Part shown: one piece after another, positions 17,974 to 27,320 of the stretch
Position numbering within the stretch: position 1 is the first letter of the stretch
Layout of the letters: each line of letters starts with the position of its first letter
DNA from: Bacteroidota bacterium
GTDB lineage: Bacteria > Bacteroidota > Ignavibacteria > Kryptoniales > JAKASW01
Direction of reading: 5' to 3'
NCBI GenBank assembly: GCA_021789975.1
Contig: JAJYIT010000001.1
Location: 12,247-76,246 of the forward strand
DNA: 64,000 nt
The notes under the pieces: generated by a model
Seen by the model: the letters and a program-made list of their open reading frames with translations, nothing else
Databases searched by the model: none
Told to the model about the DNA's origin: nothing
Made by a program: the position numbers and the translations under genes

Positions 17974-20040
17974 GTGCACCATCGGTTAAGAACCATCACG
18001 CTAGTTCTGTTTTTGTCGGCAGCAGCTCAAGGTCAGGTTTCTGACAACAGCTACTCAAGCATCGGCAACATCGGGCTGGCAATTACAAGTTTCGGACGGA
18101 TCGGCAATGGGTTCAGTGCGTCGTTTTGGCCTGTGCAGCCATCATGTGAATATCCCTTCACACCGGTTCGATCGCGGATCGAACACCTTTTTAGTGGGGG
18201 CATTTGGATCGGTGGTTACAAAAACGGTCAGGGTCCATTCGTAAGCACTGTAACCACAGACTACTATTCAAGCCCTTCTGAATTCACACAGCCTCGCGAC
18301 AGCGGGCTTACGGAGCGAAGCTCACTTCTCGACTCACGCTATTATTCGCCGGCCGCGGTTAGCCACCAGGATTTCGTCTCGGACTTCACAGACTCCAACA
18401 CCGTTGATCCGGGAACCGGGCAGGAAATTGTGGGTCATCATCCTCTCAACGTCTCGGTCCGCGAGGAAGCTTATTCATGGGAGTACCCGATTGCTAATTT
18501 CTTCGTCATCCTCAGCTTCAGGGTAACCAACACCGGCAACACCGCTATCGACTCGATGTTTGTCGGGTTTGTGAACGATTTCGTGGTGAGAAACACCAAC
18601 TACAGACTTCCGACAGAGGGAACATCCTTCTATAGCGGCACCGGGATTGGATATGTCGATTCCCTCAGGCTGGTTTATGCGTTCGATGCAGAACACAGGG
18701 CTAGCGACTTGCCGACGGACAACTATGTGTCGATGAAACTCCTTGGCGTCGATCCGGTAAGTGCTGTTGTCAAATCACAACCGGCCTATCTCGATTCGCT
18801 GAACAGCTACACTCACTTTTCTGCGTGGCAGTTCAGGGCATCGACGGGGGATGCGAATCTACTTTCTCCAAGTAACGACGCGCTTCGTTTTGAAAAAATG
18901 GAGACTTCGCTTCCGTCGAATTACTACAACGATCCTTCTCACCCAAGCTACATCGGCAAAGCAGGTAATAGATATTCTCTTCTTTCTGCCGGTCCGATCG
19001 AGCTGATGCCGGATTCCTCGGTCACGGTTGTGTTTGCGATCGTGTGTGCGCCGAAAACCGTCACGAGTAACCCCCTAGATTATCAGAACAACGCACTAGC
19101 ATCCCGGAAGGCTCTCTATGAAAATGCGACCTGGGCGCAGCGGACCTTCAACGGAGATGACAGAAACGGCGATGGTATTCTCCAGTCCGATGAGGATATG
19201 TATGGTGACGGGAAGATCCATCGTTATATATTTCCGAATATTCTTCCCCCGCCTCATGTGCATGTTGTGCCGGGAGACAGACAGGCGACTGTTTATTGGG
19301 ACGATACGCCTGAAAATGTGATCGATCCTCTTCTTAACAGGAAGAACTTCGAGGGATATCGACTTTACAAATCTAAACCCGGCTTCGACTTCGAAGGTAT
19401 TCAGGATCCATATGAAGAAATTGCAGGGTTCGACCTGATCGATTCGCTCGGTCTTGATACCGGGTTACCTGCCAGGATTATTCCGCCGGTGCAGTTTCCC
19501 GGCGATCCGTATCAATACGACTACAAGTTCACCGTCCCATTTCTTCTGAATGGGTGGCAATACGTCTTTGGCGTTGAAGCTTATGATAAGGGCGACCCGA
19601 CTTCCGGCACACCGAGCCAGGCTTCGGTGCGCGCGATGGGAAAAGTGTTCCCGGGACCGACTGCCTCGGCAGGCGACTCGGCGAGCGTCGGCGTCTTCCC
19701 TAATCCATATTATACAAAGGCTTATTGGGACGGTACCGGGGAGCGAGAAAAAAAGATTTACTTCTACAATCTTCCGGCAAGATGTGAAATCAGGATTTAC
19801 ACGATCGCCGGCGACATTGTGGCAACGCTGGAACATAATGCCGCGACTTACAACGGCTCAGACATACAGTGGTTCAAGCATTACGACTCAGACAACTCGC
19901 AACGTATGCCTGGGGCATTGCACGCCTGGGATTTGATATCGGATGCCGATCAGGCCGTGGCTACGGGTTTGTATTTATTTACCGTGAAGGATCTCAAGAC
20001 GGGCGATATAAAACGTGGGAAGTTTTTGATTATAAAGTGA
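17974..20040 (+). CDS. Secreted protein with an FN3-like domain, an acidic DxDxDG-like Ca-binding stretch and a divergent T9SS-type C-terminal domain
   Basis: From GTG 17974 (aggaaaaggg 7 nt upstream) the signal peptide is (M)HHRLRTITLVLFLSAAAQG. Other blocks are NGDDRNGDGILQSDEDMYGDG and HVHVVPGDRQATVYWDD...FEGYRLYKS. The C-terminus reads GVFPNPYY...IRIYTIAGDIVATL...GLYLFTVKDLKTGDIKRGKFLIIK. Confidence 0.65.
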   Translation: MHHRLRTITLVLFLSAAAQGQVSDNSYSSIGNIGLAITSFGRIGNGFSASFWPVQPSCEYPFTPVRSRIEHLFSGGIWIGGYKNGQGPFVSTVTTDYYSSPSEFTQPRDSGLTERSSLLDSRYYSPAAVSHQDFVSDFTDSNTVDPGTGQEIVGHHPLNVSVREEAYSWEYPIANFFVILSFRVTNTGNTAIDSMFVGFVNDFVVRNTNYRLPTEGTSFYSGTGIGYVDSLRLVYAFDAEHRASDLPTDNYVSMKLLGVDPVSAVVKSQPAYLDSLNSYTHFSAWQFRASTGDANLLSPSNDALRFEKMETSLPSNYYNDPSHPSYIGKAGNRYSLLSAGPIELMPDSSVTVVFAIVCAPKTVTSNPLDYQNNALASRKALYENATWAQRTFNGDDRNGDGILQSDEDMYGDGKIHRYIFPNILPPPHVHVVPGDRQATVYWDDTPENVIDPLLNRKNFEGYRLYKSKPGFDFEGIQDPYEEIAGFDLIDSLGLDTGLPARIIPPVQFPGDPYQYDYKFTVPFLLNGWQYVFGVEAYDKGDPTSGTPSQASVRAMGKVFPGPTASAGDSASVGVFPNPYYTKAYWDGTGEREKKIYFYNLPARCEIRIYTIAGDIVATLEHNAATYNGSDIQWFKHYDSDNSQRMPGALHAWDLISDADQAVATGLYLFTVKDLKTGDIKRGKFLIIK

Positions 20041-20116
20041 TGATCAGCTTTCGGCCTTATGCAGTCACTCTGCAGCCGATTGCCGATTTGTGAAAGTTAA
20101 AGAACAGGAGGCTCAA

Positions 20117-22351
20117 ATGAAGAAAGCTCTAGTGGTTTTACTTCTGGCTTTCGGGTACGCATTCGCACAGAATGTTCAGACGCCGCAGTCGTCCGCTGTG
20201 AACGCTGGTGGTGCGAAGAAAGCAGCCCGGATGGATACTCTCTCGCTGTACCAGGTCAACTATATTCCGATGGATTCGCTGAAGATAGCAGACTCTCTCG
20301 GGACTGGCGGACGGTCAAGTTTAACTAACTCGCCATACCTTGGTGATACGATTACCGTTACCGGCGTCGTGCTCGCAGACCCCGCGCTTATTGGCCTCAG
20401 CACGGGCAACACCTCGTTCTACATTCAGAGTACAGATAGCGCAGAATGGGGCGGGATGAACATATTTGGAAATACGACGACCGCCACAAGCGTCGGAATC
20501 ACATCCGTCGATACCGGTTATGTAATTGAACTGACCGGTGTCCTGACAAAATATTCTTCTTCTAGCATTACGGGGAATTTCGAATTGATGCCCATCGCTT
20601 CTCAAACTATCGGTGTCTTGAATGTGGGCGAACGCCCTGCACCTGTGGAAGTAAAATTGAGTGATCTTGTTTCGGGAGACGTTTCTTCGGGAGGGAAGGT
20701 GCATTTCTACCCGGGCACAAAGTATAAGAACTCGTATGTTATTCTTCGGAATCTTACGGTCAAGACCCGCTCCCAAAGCAGCACTTCGGGCCAGTGGACC
20801 GTAGTCCTGCAAGATTCGCTTGGCAACACGATAAGTCTTTACGACCCATCCAAGTATTTCACCGGTAGGTCATGGGGTGTGACTCCAAAGTTCGTTCCAC
20901 CACCTGTCGGATCGAAGCTCGATTATATCCGGGGGATTCTCGCAGCCTATGTGAGCTACGGATATGAGATAATACCGCTTTATCCCGGCGATCTGAAAAT
21001 CGGCGTTTATACTCCGAGTATTACCGCCACGGGGTTTTCAACCCGACGCTCCGAGGCGTTCCCGCTTCCATCACAGTCGGTAACCGTGAGAATGACTGCA
21101 TACTCCACAAATCCTGATACCAGCATCAAGATGGATTCAGCGGTTGTCTACTATTCCGTGGACAACGGTACATATACCGGAATGAAGATGAGTCCTGAGA
21201 GCAACGTTGGTGACACAATCACTTACGCGGCCGACATTCCGCCTCAAGCGGATGGCTCATTTGTGAAATATTTCTTCAACGCCTGGGCGAATTCCCTCGG
21301 GTCCATGACGCCCGATACATCCGGAACGGCATTCTTCTATTACGTCAGGGCAAGCGGATATACCATTAGGGACATCCAGTACACTCCGTTCCATGACGGC
21401 GACAGCGGCGCGACCGATCTCCGGGTAACATTCAACGGGATTGTGCAGGCCGACTCGACCGATTTTCCAGCCGAGATAGATCCTCGCAACCAGGCGACGA
21501 AGACCGCGTACGCCTACGTGCAGGATGCAGCCAAACCTTATAGCGGAGTTCTCTTGTACGGCTCACGAACTTATTCACTCCATCGTGGCGATAGCGTTTC
21601 AATAACCGGTGTTGTCAGCGAGTATTCGGGAATGACCGAGGTTACTGTGGACACCGCGATCGTAATTCAGACCGGCAAGTCAACCTACAAGCCTGTGGTT
21701 GTAAAAACCGGCGATGTCGGCGGCAAACCCAGCGGGGATTTCTCGGCTGAACCATGGGAGAGCGTCCTCTTAACATTTGACAGCATCACAGTTACTAACA
21801 ACGATCCCGATCCGAGCTATAGCATTACGAGTCCGAACGGGAGTTTCAGAGAATACATCGTGGATGACGGTTCGGGTGGATGCCGAGTCGATGACGATGG
21901 AAGCAATACATACAGCCCTGATCCACACGATACCACGCTCGGTTTCCGAATTATCCCGAAGGGTGCATTCTTTCAGAGCCTGACGGGACTTCTGAAGTAT
22001 TCCAATGGGAACTACAAGCTTGAACCGCGGACCAATGCGGACTTCAGTGCGATGACGGGTATTAAGCGTGAGACCACCAAGGGAGCGGCCACTTTTGCGC
22101 TCGAGCAGAATTATCCTAACCCGTTCAATCCCACTACAACCATCAGGTATTCGGTTCCGAAGGCAAGCATGGTGACGCTGAAGATATACAACATACTCGG
22201 TCAGGAAGTGACCACGCTCGTGAATCAGAGGCAGAACAGCGGGACATTCACCGTCTCATTTGACGCATCAAGGTTCGCAAGCGGCGTGTATCTGTACAGG
22301 CTCAGTGCGGGCGGTTTCAACCAGGTGAAGAAGATGATGGTGGTGAAATAG
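20117..22351 (+). CDS. Secreted T9SS cargo protein with two OB-fold-like modules related to the repeats at 7465-9384
   Basis: aggagg precedes ATG 20117. Signal peptide is MKKALVVLLLAFGYAFAQ. The modules read ..GDTITVTGVVLADP..FYIQS..GGMNIFG.. and ..GDSVSITGVVSEYSGMTEVTV. The CTD reads NYPNPFNPTTTIRYS...KIYNILGQEV...SGVYLYRLSAGGFNQVKKMMVVK. Confidence 0.85.
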   Translation: MKKALVVLLLAFGYAFAQNVQTPQSSAVNAGGAKKAARMDTLSLYQVNYIPMDSLKIADSLGTGGRSSLTNSPYLGDTITVTGVVLADPALIGLSTGNTSFYIQSTDSAEWGGMNIFGNTTTATSVGITSVDTGYVIELTGVLTKYSSSSITGNFELMPIASQTIGVLNVGERPAPVEVKLSDLVSGDVSSGGKVHFYPGTKYKNSYVILRNLTVKTRSQSSTSGQWTVVLQDSLGNTISLYDPSKYFTGRSWGVTPKFVPPPVGSKLDYIRGILAAYVSYGYEIIPLYPGDLKIGVYTPSITATGFSTRRSEAFPLPSQSVTVRMTAYSTNPDTSIKMDSAVVYYSVDNGTYTGMKMSPESNVGDTITYAADIPPQADGSFVKYFFNAWANSLGSMTPDTSGTAFFYYVRASGYTIRDIQYTPFHDGDSGATDLRVTFNGIVQADSTDFPAEIDPRNQATKTAYAYVQDAAKPYSGVLLYGSRTYSLHRGDSVSITGVVSEYSGMTEVTVDTAIVIQTGKSTYKPVVVKTGDVGGKPSGDFSAEPWESVLLTFDSITVTNNDPDPSYSITSPNGSFREYIVDDGSGGCRVDDDGSNTYSPDPHDTTLGFRIIPKGAFFQSLTGLLKYSNGNYKLEPRTNADFSAMTGIKRETTKGAATFALEQNYPNPFNPTTTIRYSVPKASMVTLKIYNILGQEVTTLVNQRQNSGTFTVSFDASRFASGVYLYRLSAGGFNQVKKMMVVK

Positions 22352-22376
22352 GTTCAAGAGCGAAATGATGGAATTT

Positions 22377-22508
22377 TGGAATGGTGGAGTCTTGCGCCGG
22401 CGGGCCGAGTCAACAACCAACTGCAGTAGATCTGGCAACTGCTTAAACAAATTCTCTTTTCACCTGCAGCGCGTGTTCAGATCATTACTCCATTACTCCA
22501 TCATTCCA
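22377..22508 (+). promoter_or_regulatory. Long-range 14-bp inverted repeat (potential RNA helix or operator) enclosing the probable start of the lipoprotein gene
   Basis: tggaatggtggagt (22377-22390) is complementary to actccatcattcca (22495-22508) at 13 Watson-Crick positions plus one G-U. The arms are separated by 104 nt that include GTG 22473. Confidence 0.4.
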
Positions 22509-24197
22509 TTGTTCCTTCTTTCTCTCTCCAGCTGCACGAAGCATTTCTCATCGATTGCCACGGGCAACCTTCCGCCCAAGACTTTTGTCTCGGCATACCC
22601 GTTCCGCGACTCGACGAGTTTTGCCAATTTCAATCCGCAGGCAAGCAATCTCGAGATTCACTGGTGGGCAAACGATCCGGACGGCCTCGTCGCCGGATTC
22701 ATTATCACGTTCGACAAAAAGCGCTGGACCTTCACGGCAAAGAACGACAGCGTGTTTGCCCTCCCGCTGTTCAGCAAAGACACCTCGTATATCTTCTCGG
22801 TGGCCGCCATTGACAACAGCTTCAAAGGACAACTGAGTGAGGGCGAAGAGGTAACCTTTGCAGACAAGAATGGAAATGGAAGGTGGGACAAAGGCGAGGT
22901 CTTCCCGAGTCTTGGTGATGCTGTCGACCCTGACCCGGCAACCTTGAAATTTCCAATTGCCAACACTCCGCCGCAAGTTGCGTATGTCATGAACAGCGGG
23001 CAGTTTTCCACCAGGCCTGATATCCCGGATACTACGTTCACTGTCGCTTCATTCGGCTGGCAAGGGACTGACATCGACGGTGACAATACAATTACCGATT
23101 ATTATATCGCGCTGAACGATACGCTCTCTCCTTCAAGCTGGGTTGAGCTGCCACCTCAGGCGCGGTTTGTAACCATTGAAGCCAGAACGTTCGAGGCCCA
23201 GACTGACACATCCACGGTGTCCTGCGACATTTATGCCAGCACATATCCTGCAATGTCGTATTCGCCTTTGAAAGCCAAGCTCCCCAACATGAAGTTGAAC
23301 GGCAACAACGTTTTCTATGTGAAAGCAAAAGATGTTGCGGACGCTTACAGTCCTGCGGTGAGAATGCCGGATAGTACTCATGCCTGGTACGTGAAAAAGC
23401 CTAAAGGCAATGTGCTGATTGTGAATGACTACGGTTCTCAGGATCGGTCTCTGTCGTTTTACGAAGACGTCTTCGACAATGTAAACGGCGGCTCTCTAAA
23501 AGGAGAATATGACGTCTGGGACATTCGAGCCGGCATGACGCCGACGAGTCCCCGGAAGGGAAATCTTGTTCCACCTTGCATTGTCCCCTCATTCCAGGAG
23601 ACACTGAAGCTTTTCAAATATGTCTTCTGGTACTCGGCGGACTACAAGAATTTTGACATCGCTCAGACTTCGATCGGAGGTTTCAGAAGTGCGGGCGGCA
23701 AAATATTCTTCAGCTACTATGCTCTGGATACCACTGCCGACAGATCGTCGCTTACTCAGCAGATGCGAGACTTCAGCGGTTCGGTCGATACCGTCATGGC
23801 AGACATCATCCGGGGGGCAACATCGGCGGCTCGTCCTGTAACTTCGACGGGATTCGTTTTCTCAGGTGCTTCTGTCCTTTCATCCGATTCTACAGAATAT
23901 CCGAATCTCGTTCGCGACGGACCTGGATCAAATCCTGCAGACGGGGGAAAAGCAGTGTGGAATCTCCGCGGATTTTCTCCGAGCATCGATGCGACAGTGA
24001 TTTACCGTGTCGAGCCTTTCGGTTCTTACGGTCCCGGCAACCCGCCGCCTGTGCTTGGAGTGCTGAGCGGCGACAGGTCGGTTTTCCTTTTGGGTGTGCC
24101 ACTTTATCGATTCAACGGCAACGACACTCCGCCTTCAGCGAACACCCGCGCGGCTAAATTGATTTACCGGGTGTTTCATGACTTCGGAGCATTCTGA
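22473..24197 (+). CDS. Hypothetical lipoprotein of the envelope cluster
   Basis: From GTG 22473 the N-terminus is (M)FRSLLHYSIIPLFLLSLSSC|TKH, containing a lipobox. Internal W..DPDG-type blocks are HWWANDPDGLVAGF and GWQGTDIDGDNTITDYY. The ORF-track ATG 22365 would add 36 non-signal residues. Confidence 0.6.
   Translation: MFRSLLHYSIIPLFLLSLSSCTKHFSSIATGNLPPKTFVSAYPFRDSTSFANFNPQASNLEIHWWANDPDGLVAGFIITFDKKRWTFTAKNDSVFALPLFSKDTSYIFSVAAIDNSFKGQLSEGEEVTFADKNGNGRWDKGEVFPSLGDAVDPDPATLKFPIANTPPQVAYVMNSGQFSTRPDIPDTTFTVASFGWQGTDIDGDNTITDYYIALNDTLSPSSWVELPPQARFVTIEARTFEAQTDTSTVSCDIYASTYPAMSYSPLKAKLPNMKLNGNNVFYVKAKDVADAYSPAVRMPDSTHAWYVKKPKGNVLIVNDYGSQDRSLSFYEDVFDNVNGGSLKGEYDVWDIRAGMTPTSPRKGNLVPPCIVPSFQETLKLFKYVFWYSADYKNFDIAQTSIGGFRSAGGKIFFSYYALDTTADRSSLTQQMRDFSGSVDTVMADIIRGATSAARPVTSTGFVFSGASVLSSDSTEYPNLVRDGPGSNPADGGKAVWNLRGFSPSIDATVIYRVEPFGSYGPGNPPPVLGVLSGDRSVFLLGVPLYRFNGNDTPPSANTRAAKLIYRVFHDFGAF
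22483..22522 (+). repeat. Degenerate 8-nt periodic tract (CATTNNTC)x5 at the 5' end of the lipoprotein gene
   Basis: The units are cattactc|cattactc|catcattc|cattgttc|cttctttc. Confidence 0.5.
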
Positions 24198-24324
24198 AGC
24201 AAGTCAAATGTCAACTCTCAAATTCGCAAGTCAGGATTCAGAGCTGAAATTCCCGTGGTCTCGGAGTTGAAAAGATTTGAGTACGAGCCGGAACATGGAA
24301 GTTGAAGTCGGAGATGATCGTGTC

Positions 24325-27195
24325 ATGAATAAACGGACGGCTTTAGCATTTGGGTTATGGCTTTGCGTTTTGAGTTTTGCCTTTTCTCTTTTCTCTCCTT
24401 CCTTCGCGCAGCAGCGAGGCAGCATTCAAGGCAAGGTCATTGATGCGACAAAGAGCGAGCCGCTTATCGGTGTCAACGTCCTGATAAAAGGAACTTACTA
24501 TGGCGCAACGACGGATGTCGATGGGAAATTCGAGATAAAGAACGTCGCAGCCGGACAATACACTTTGAATTTCCGCCTTATCGGGCACAAGGAATTGGAA
24601 TACACGGGAGTTGTGGTGAAAGCGGGAGATGCCACCGTGGTCAACACGAAGCTGCAGGAGACCGCTTTGACGCTCGGACAGGAAGTCGTTGTCGTCGGAC
24701 AAAAGCCGATGATGGACCCGGCAGAGACTCAGAGTGCGACGACGATTTCCTCAAAAGATATACAGGTATCTGCCGTACAGGATGTCAAAGATGTCGTCTC
24801 ACAACAAGTCGGTGTGGTTGCTGCCGATAACGAAATTCACATTCGCGGCGGTAGATCATATGAAAACGCATATCTCTTGAACGGAATTAATATCCAGGAC
24901 CCGCTATCAGGCACGGGATTTGGCCTGCAGTTGAGTTCGAACTCGATAGGTGAAATGGAGGTCATTACCGGAGGTTTCAACGCCGAATACGGACAGGCGA
25001 CGAGCGGAATAATAAATGTTAAGACAAAGGAGGGCGGGAGCAAATACGATCTCTTCGTCCAATATAAAACGGACAACTGGGGTCTCGACAAGAACTCAAA
25101 GTCCAATTTTAATTCAGATGACTACGAGGCAAATGTCAGTGGACCGGAACCGATTACCAGCTACATCCTGCCGGCGATCGGAATCGATATCCCGGGCCAG
25201 ATTACTTTGTTCGGGAGCTTTGCTGCAGGTTTCACAGATGGCCAGGTCCTCTGGGGTCAACGGTATCAAAATGGTGAGGTCGTCGATTACAAAATCTATC
25301 TCCCTTCCCATTTGAACTCTTCAATATTTTACGGAACCAGGTTTGCGCCAAGGCTTTCCAATGCATGGTATGGTCTCGGCAAAATCACCTACAAGCCAAT
25401 GCAGACCCTGAAGATCTCATACTCATATAATGGAAATGTCGGCATAAACGAGAACACGCAGGAACTTCAGACCACGCTCGAATATGTAGAGCCTACACCG
25501 GGATATCAGTACAAGTTTCAGAACATATTGGGAAATGCAGACGTGTACACGCATGTCAGCGATATGCAGGCTCTTGACATAACGCAGACTCTCAGTCCGA
25601 AAGTCTACTATGATTTAAAGCTGGCACATTTCTTTACCCACCTCCGGGCAGATGCAAACGGACTCTATTGGAATCAATACCAGCAGCCTTACGATGTGGT
25701 GACATTGCCGCCTCATTACTACAATACCACGAGCGACACGATCGGAATAATACCAGGCGACGGTTTTTATGATACCGGCAACGCCGACACCTGGCACGAT
25801 CACTTCTTTGTCAACAACGAAATGAAGTTCGACATAACCGATTATTTCTCAGAACAGAACAAGTTCAAGGCCGGGTTGGATATGAACTTTCAGGAGATGC
25901 AATATGTCGACATCTACGAGCCATGGATCGGCGTGATGGGGTTGAACAATAATGTTTACCATGTTTACCCGGCGGTCGGTTCCGCATACGGTCAGGAAAC
26001 CATTACCACGAACGGGATGATATTGAATTTCGGATTGCGCTTCGATTACTGGTTCCCCGGGAAATATGTGGACGATGCGGTCAACAATCCGCAGGTCATA
26101 ACCATACCACAGGCGATACGGGATCAGTACTACCGTGACACCTACAACTTTTTTGGTAGAAGGTGGAAAGGCAGACTCAGTCCAAGGCTCGGTATTTCTC
26201 ATCCGATATCCGATAACCAGACCCTATTCCTCAACTACGGTCATTTCTCAAAATGGCCCAGGGCGCAGTTCGTTTACGCAAAATTGCAGCCGAGCACTGC
26301 GATGTCCACGTTTCAATCTTTCGGTAATCCGAATCTGAATCCGGAGACCACCGTGAGTTACGAGCTCGGACTCCGCAATCAGTTTTCGAGCGACGACATA
26401 CTGACGGTGACCGCTTACTATAAAGACATCTTCGACTACGTCCAAACCAAACAGGCGCAGATCACCTCTGCAGCGCTAATCGGGCAGAGTTTCATTACGT
26501 ATGTGAATTCGGACTATGCACGCGCCCGAGGAATTGAAGTTGAATACAAAAAAAGGATCGGGAACTGGTTCAACGGCTCCATAAGCGGATCATATTCCGT
26601 CGCAACCGGTAAATCGAGCTCCGAGCAGGAAGGTGTTCTGGCAGTCCAGGGACTCCTTACCGAGATGATGAATGAATCTTTTGTCTCCTGGGATCGTCCT
26701 CTCCAGGTTTCTGCGATCGCATCGCTGTATAACCAAAAGCAAAACGGCCTTTTCGGATTTGGGAGAGGAATACTGGATGACTTCGAGACGTACTTCAGAG
26801 TCTTCTTCGAAAGCGGCAAAAGATACACACCATATTACTTCACCGGCGCTTATTCGCTGAACGGGGCGCCGCTATATGCCGTGAACACTAACGACCAGTA
26901 TGGCAATATTGGAGCCAACTGGTTTTACGTTGATTTCAACTTCAATAAATATTTCAGGGTGGCGGGTCTGGACATGACGCTCATGGTTGAGGTGAAGAAC
27001 CTCTTCAACAATCTCAACTCGGATATCATCAATCCGGTTACAGGACGGGCGTACCAGCTCGGTGATCCGGTACCGCCATCATGGAACGACCCTCTTCATC
27101 CCGAGCTCCAGGCGCCTCTCGATCCGTTCCCGCTGGACCAGTCGAGGTACCTCCCGACGAGGAATATCAAGATTGGAGTGGCGGTGAGACTGTGA
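24325..27195 (+). CDS. TonB-dependent outer-membrane receptor with an N-terminal CarboxypepD_reg domain
   Basis: ATG 24325 gives the signal peptide MNKRTALAFGLWLCVLSFAFSLFSPSFAQQ. The CarboxypepD_reg block is GSIQGKVIDATKSEPLIGVNVLIKGTYYGATTDVDGKFEIKNV. The plug reads IHIRGGRSYENAYLLNGINIQDP, followed by a long beta-barrel. Confidence 0.9.
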   Translation: MNKRTALAFGLWLCVLSFAFSLFSPSFAQQRGSIQGKVIDATKSEPLIGVNVLIKGTYYGATTDVDGKFEIKNVAAGQYTLNFRLIGHKELEYTGVVVKAGDATVVNTKLQETALTLGQEVVVVGQKPMMDPAETQSATTISSKDIQVSAVQDVKDVVSQQVGVVAADNEIHIRGGRSYENAYLLNGINIQDPLSGTGFGLQLSSNSIGEMEVITGGFNAEYGQATSGIINVKTKEGGSKYDLFVQYKTDNWGLDKNSKSNFNSDDYEANVSGPEPITSYILPAIGIDIPGQITLFGSFAAGFTDGQVLWGQRYQNGEVVDYKIYLPSHLNSSIFYGTRFAPRLSNAWYGLGKITYKPMQTLKISYSYNGNVGINENTQELQTTLEYVEPTPGYQYKFQNILGNADVYTHVSDMQALDITQTLSPKVYYDLKLAHFFTHLRADANGLYWNQYQQPYDVVTLPPHYYNTTSDTIGIIPGDGFYDTGNADTWHDHFFVNNEMKFDITDYFSEQNKFKAGLDMNFQEMQYVDIYEPWIGVMGLNNNVYHVYPAVGSAYGQETITTNGMILNFGLRFDYWFPGKYVDDAVNNPQVITIPQAIRDQYYRDTYNFFGRRWKGRLSPRLGISHPISDNQTLFLNYGHFSKWPRAQFVYAKLQPSTAMSTFQSFGNPNLNPETTVSYELGLRNQFSSDDILTVTAYYKDIFDYVQTKQAQITSAALIGQSFITYVNSDYARARGIEVEYKKRIGNWFNGSISGSYSVATGKSSSEQEGVLAVQGLLTEMMNESFVSWDRPLQVSAIASLYNQKQNGLFGFGRGILDDFETYFRVFFESGKRYTPYYFTGAYSLNGAPLYAVNTNDQYGNIGANWFYVDFNFNKYFRVAGLDMTLMVEVKNLFNNLNSDIINPVTGRAYQLGDPVPPSWNDPLHPELQAPLDPFPLDQSRYLPTRNIKIGVAVRL

Positions 27196-27320
27196 GGTCT
27201 ATTTTGAGTTTCACATTTCGGGTTGCGAACTGGCGGGAACCAGTTTTCCGGAGTCCGCGGAGTGGAGCGGACTTCGTGAGAGGCCATAAATCAGAAGCCG
27301 GGAGTAATAAGCTGGAAATC

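Noticed and set aside
27081-27320. ATG 27081 as the start of the PorV-like gene. ATG 22365 and GTG 28426 are analogous candidates for the neighbouring genes.
   Set aside because: It would overlap the TonB receptor gene by 115 nt and place about 130 non-hydrophobic residues before the signal peptide. The true start remains uncertain.
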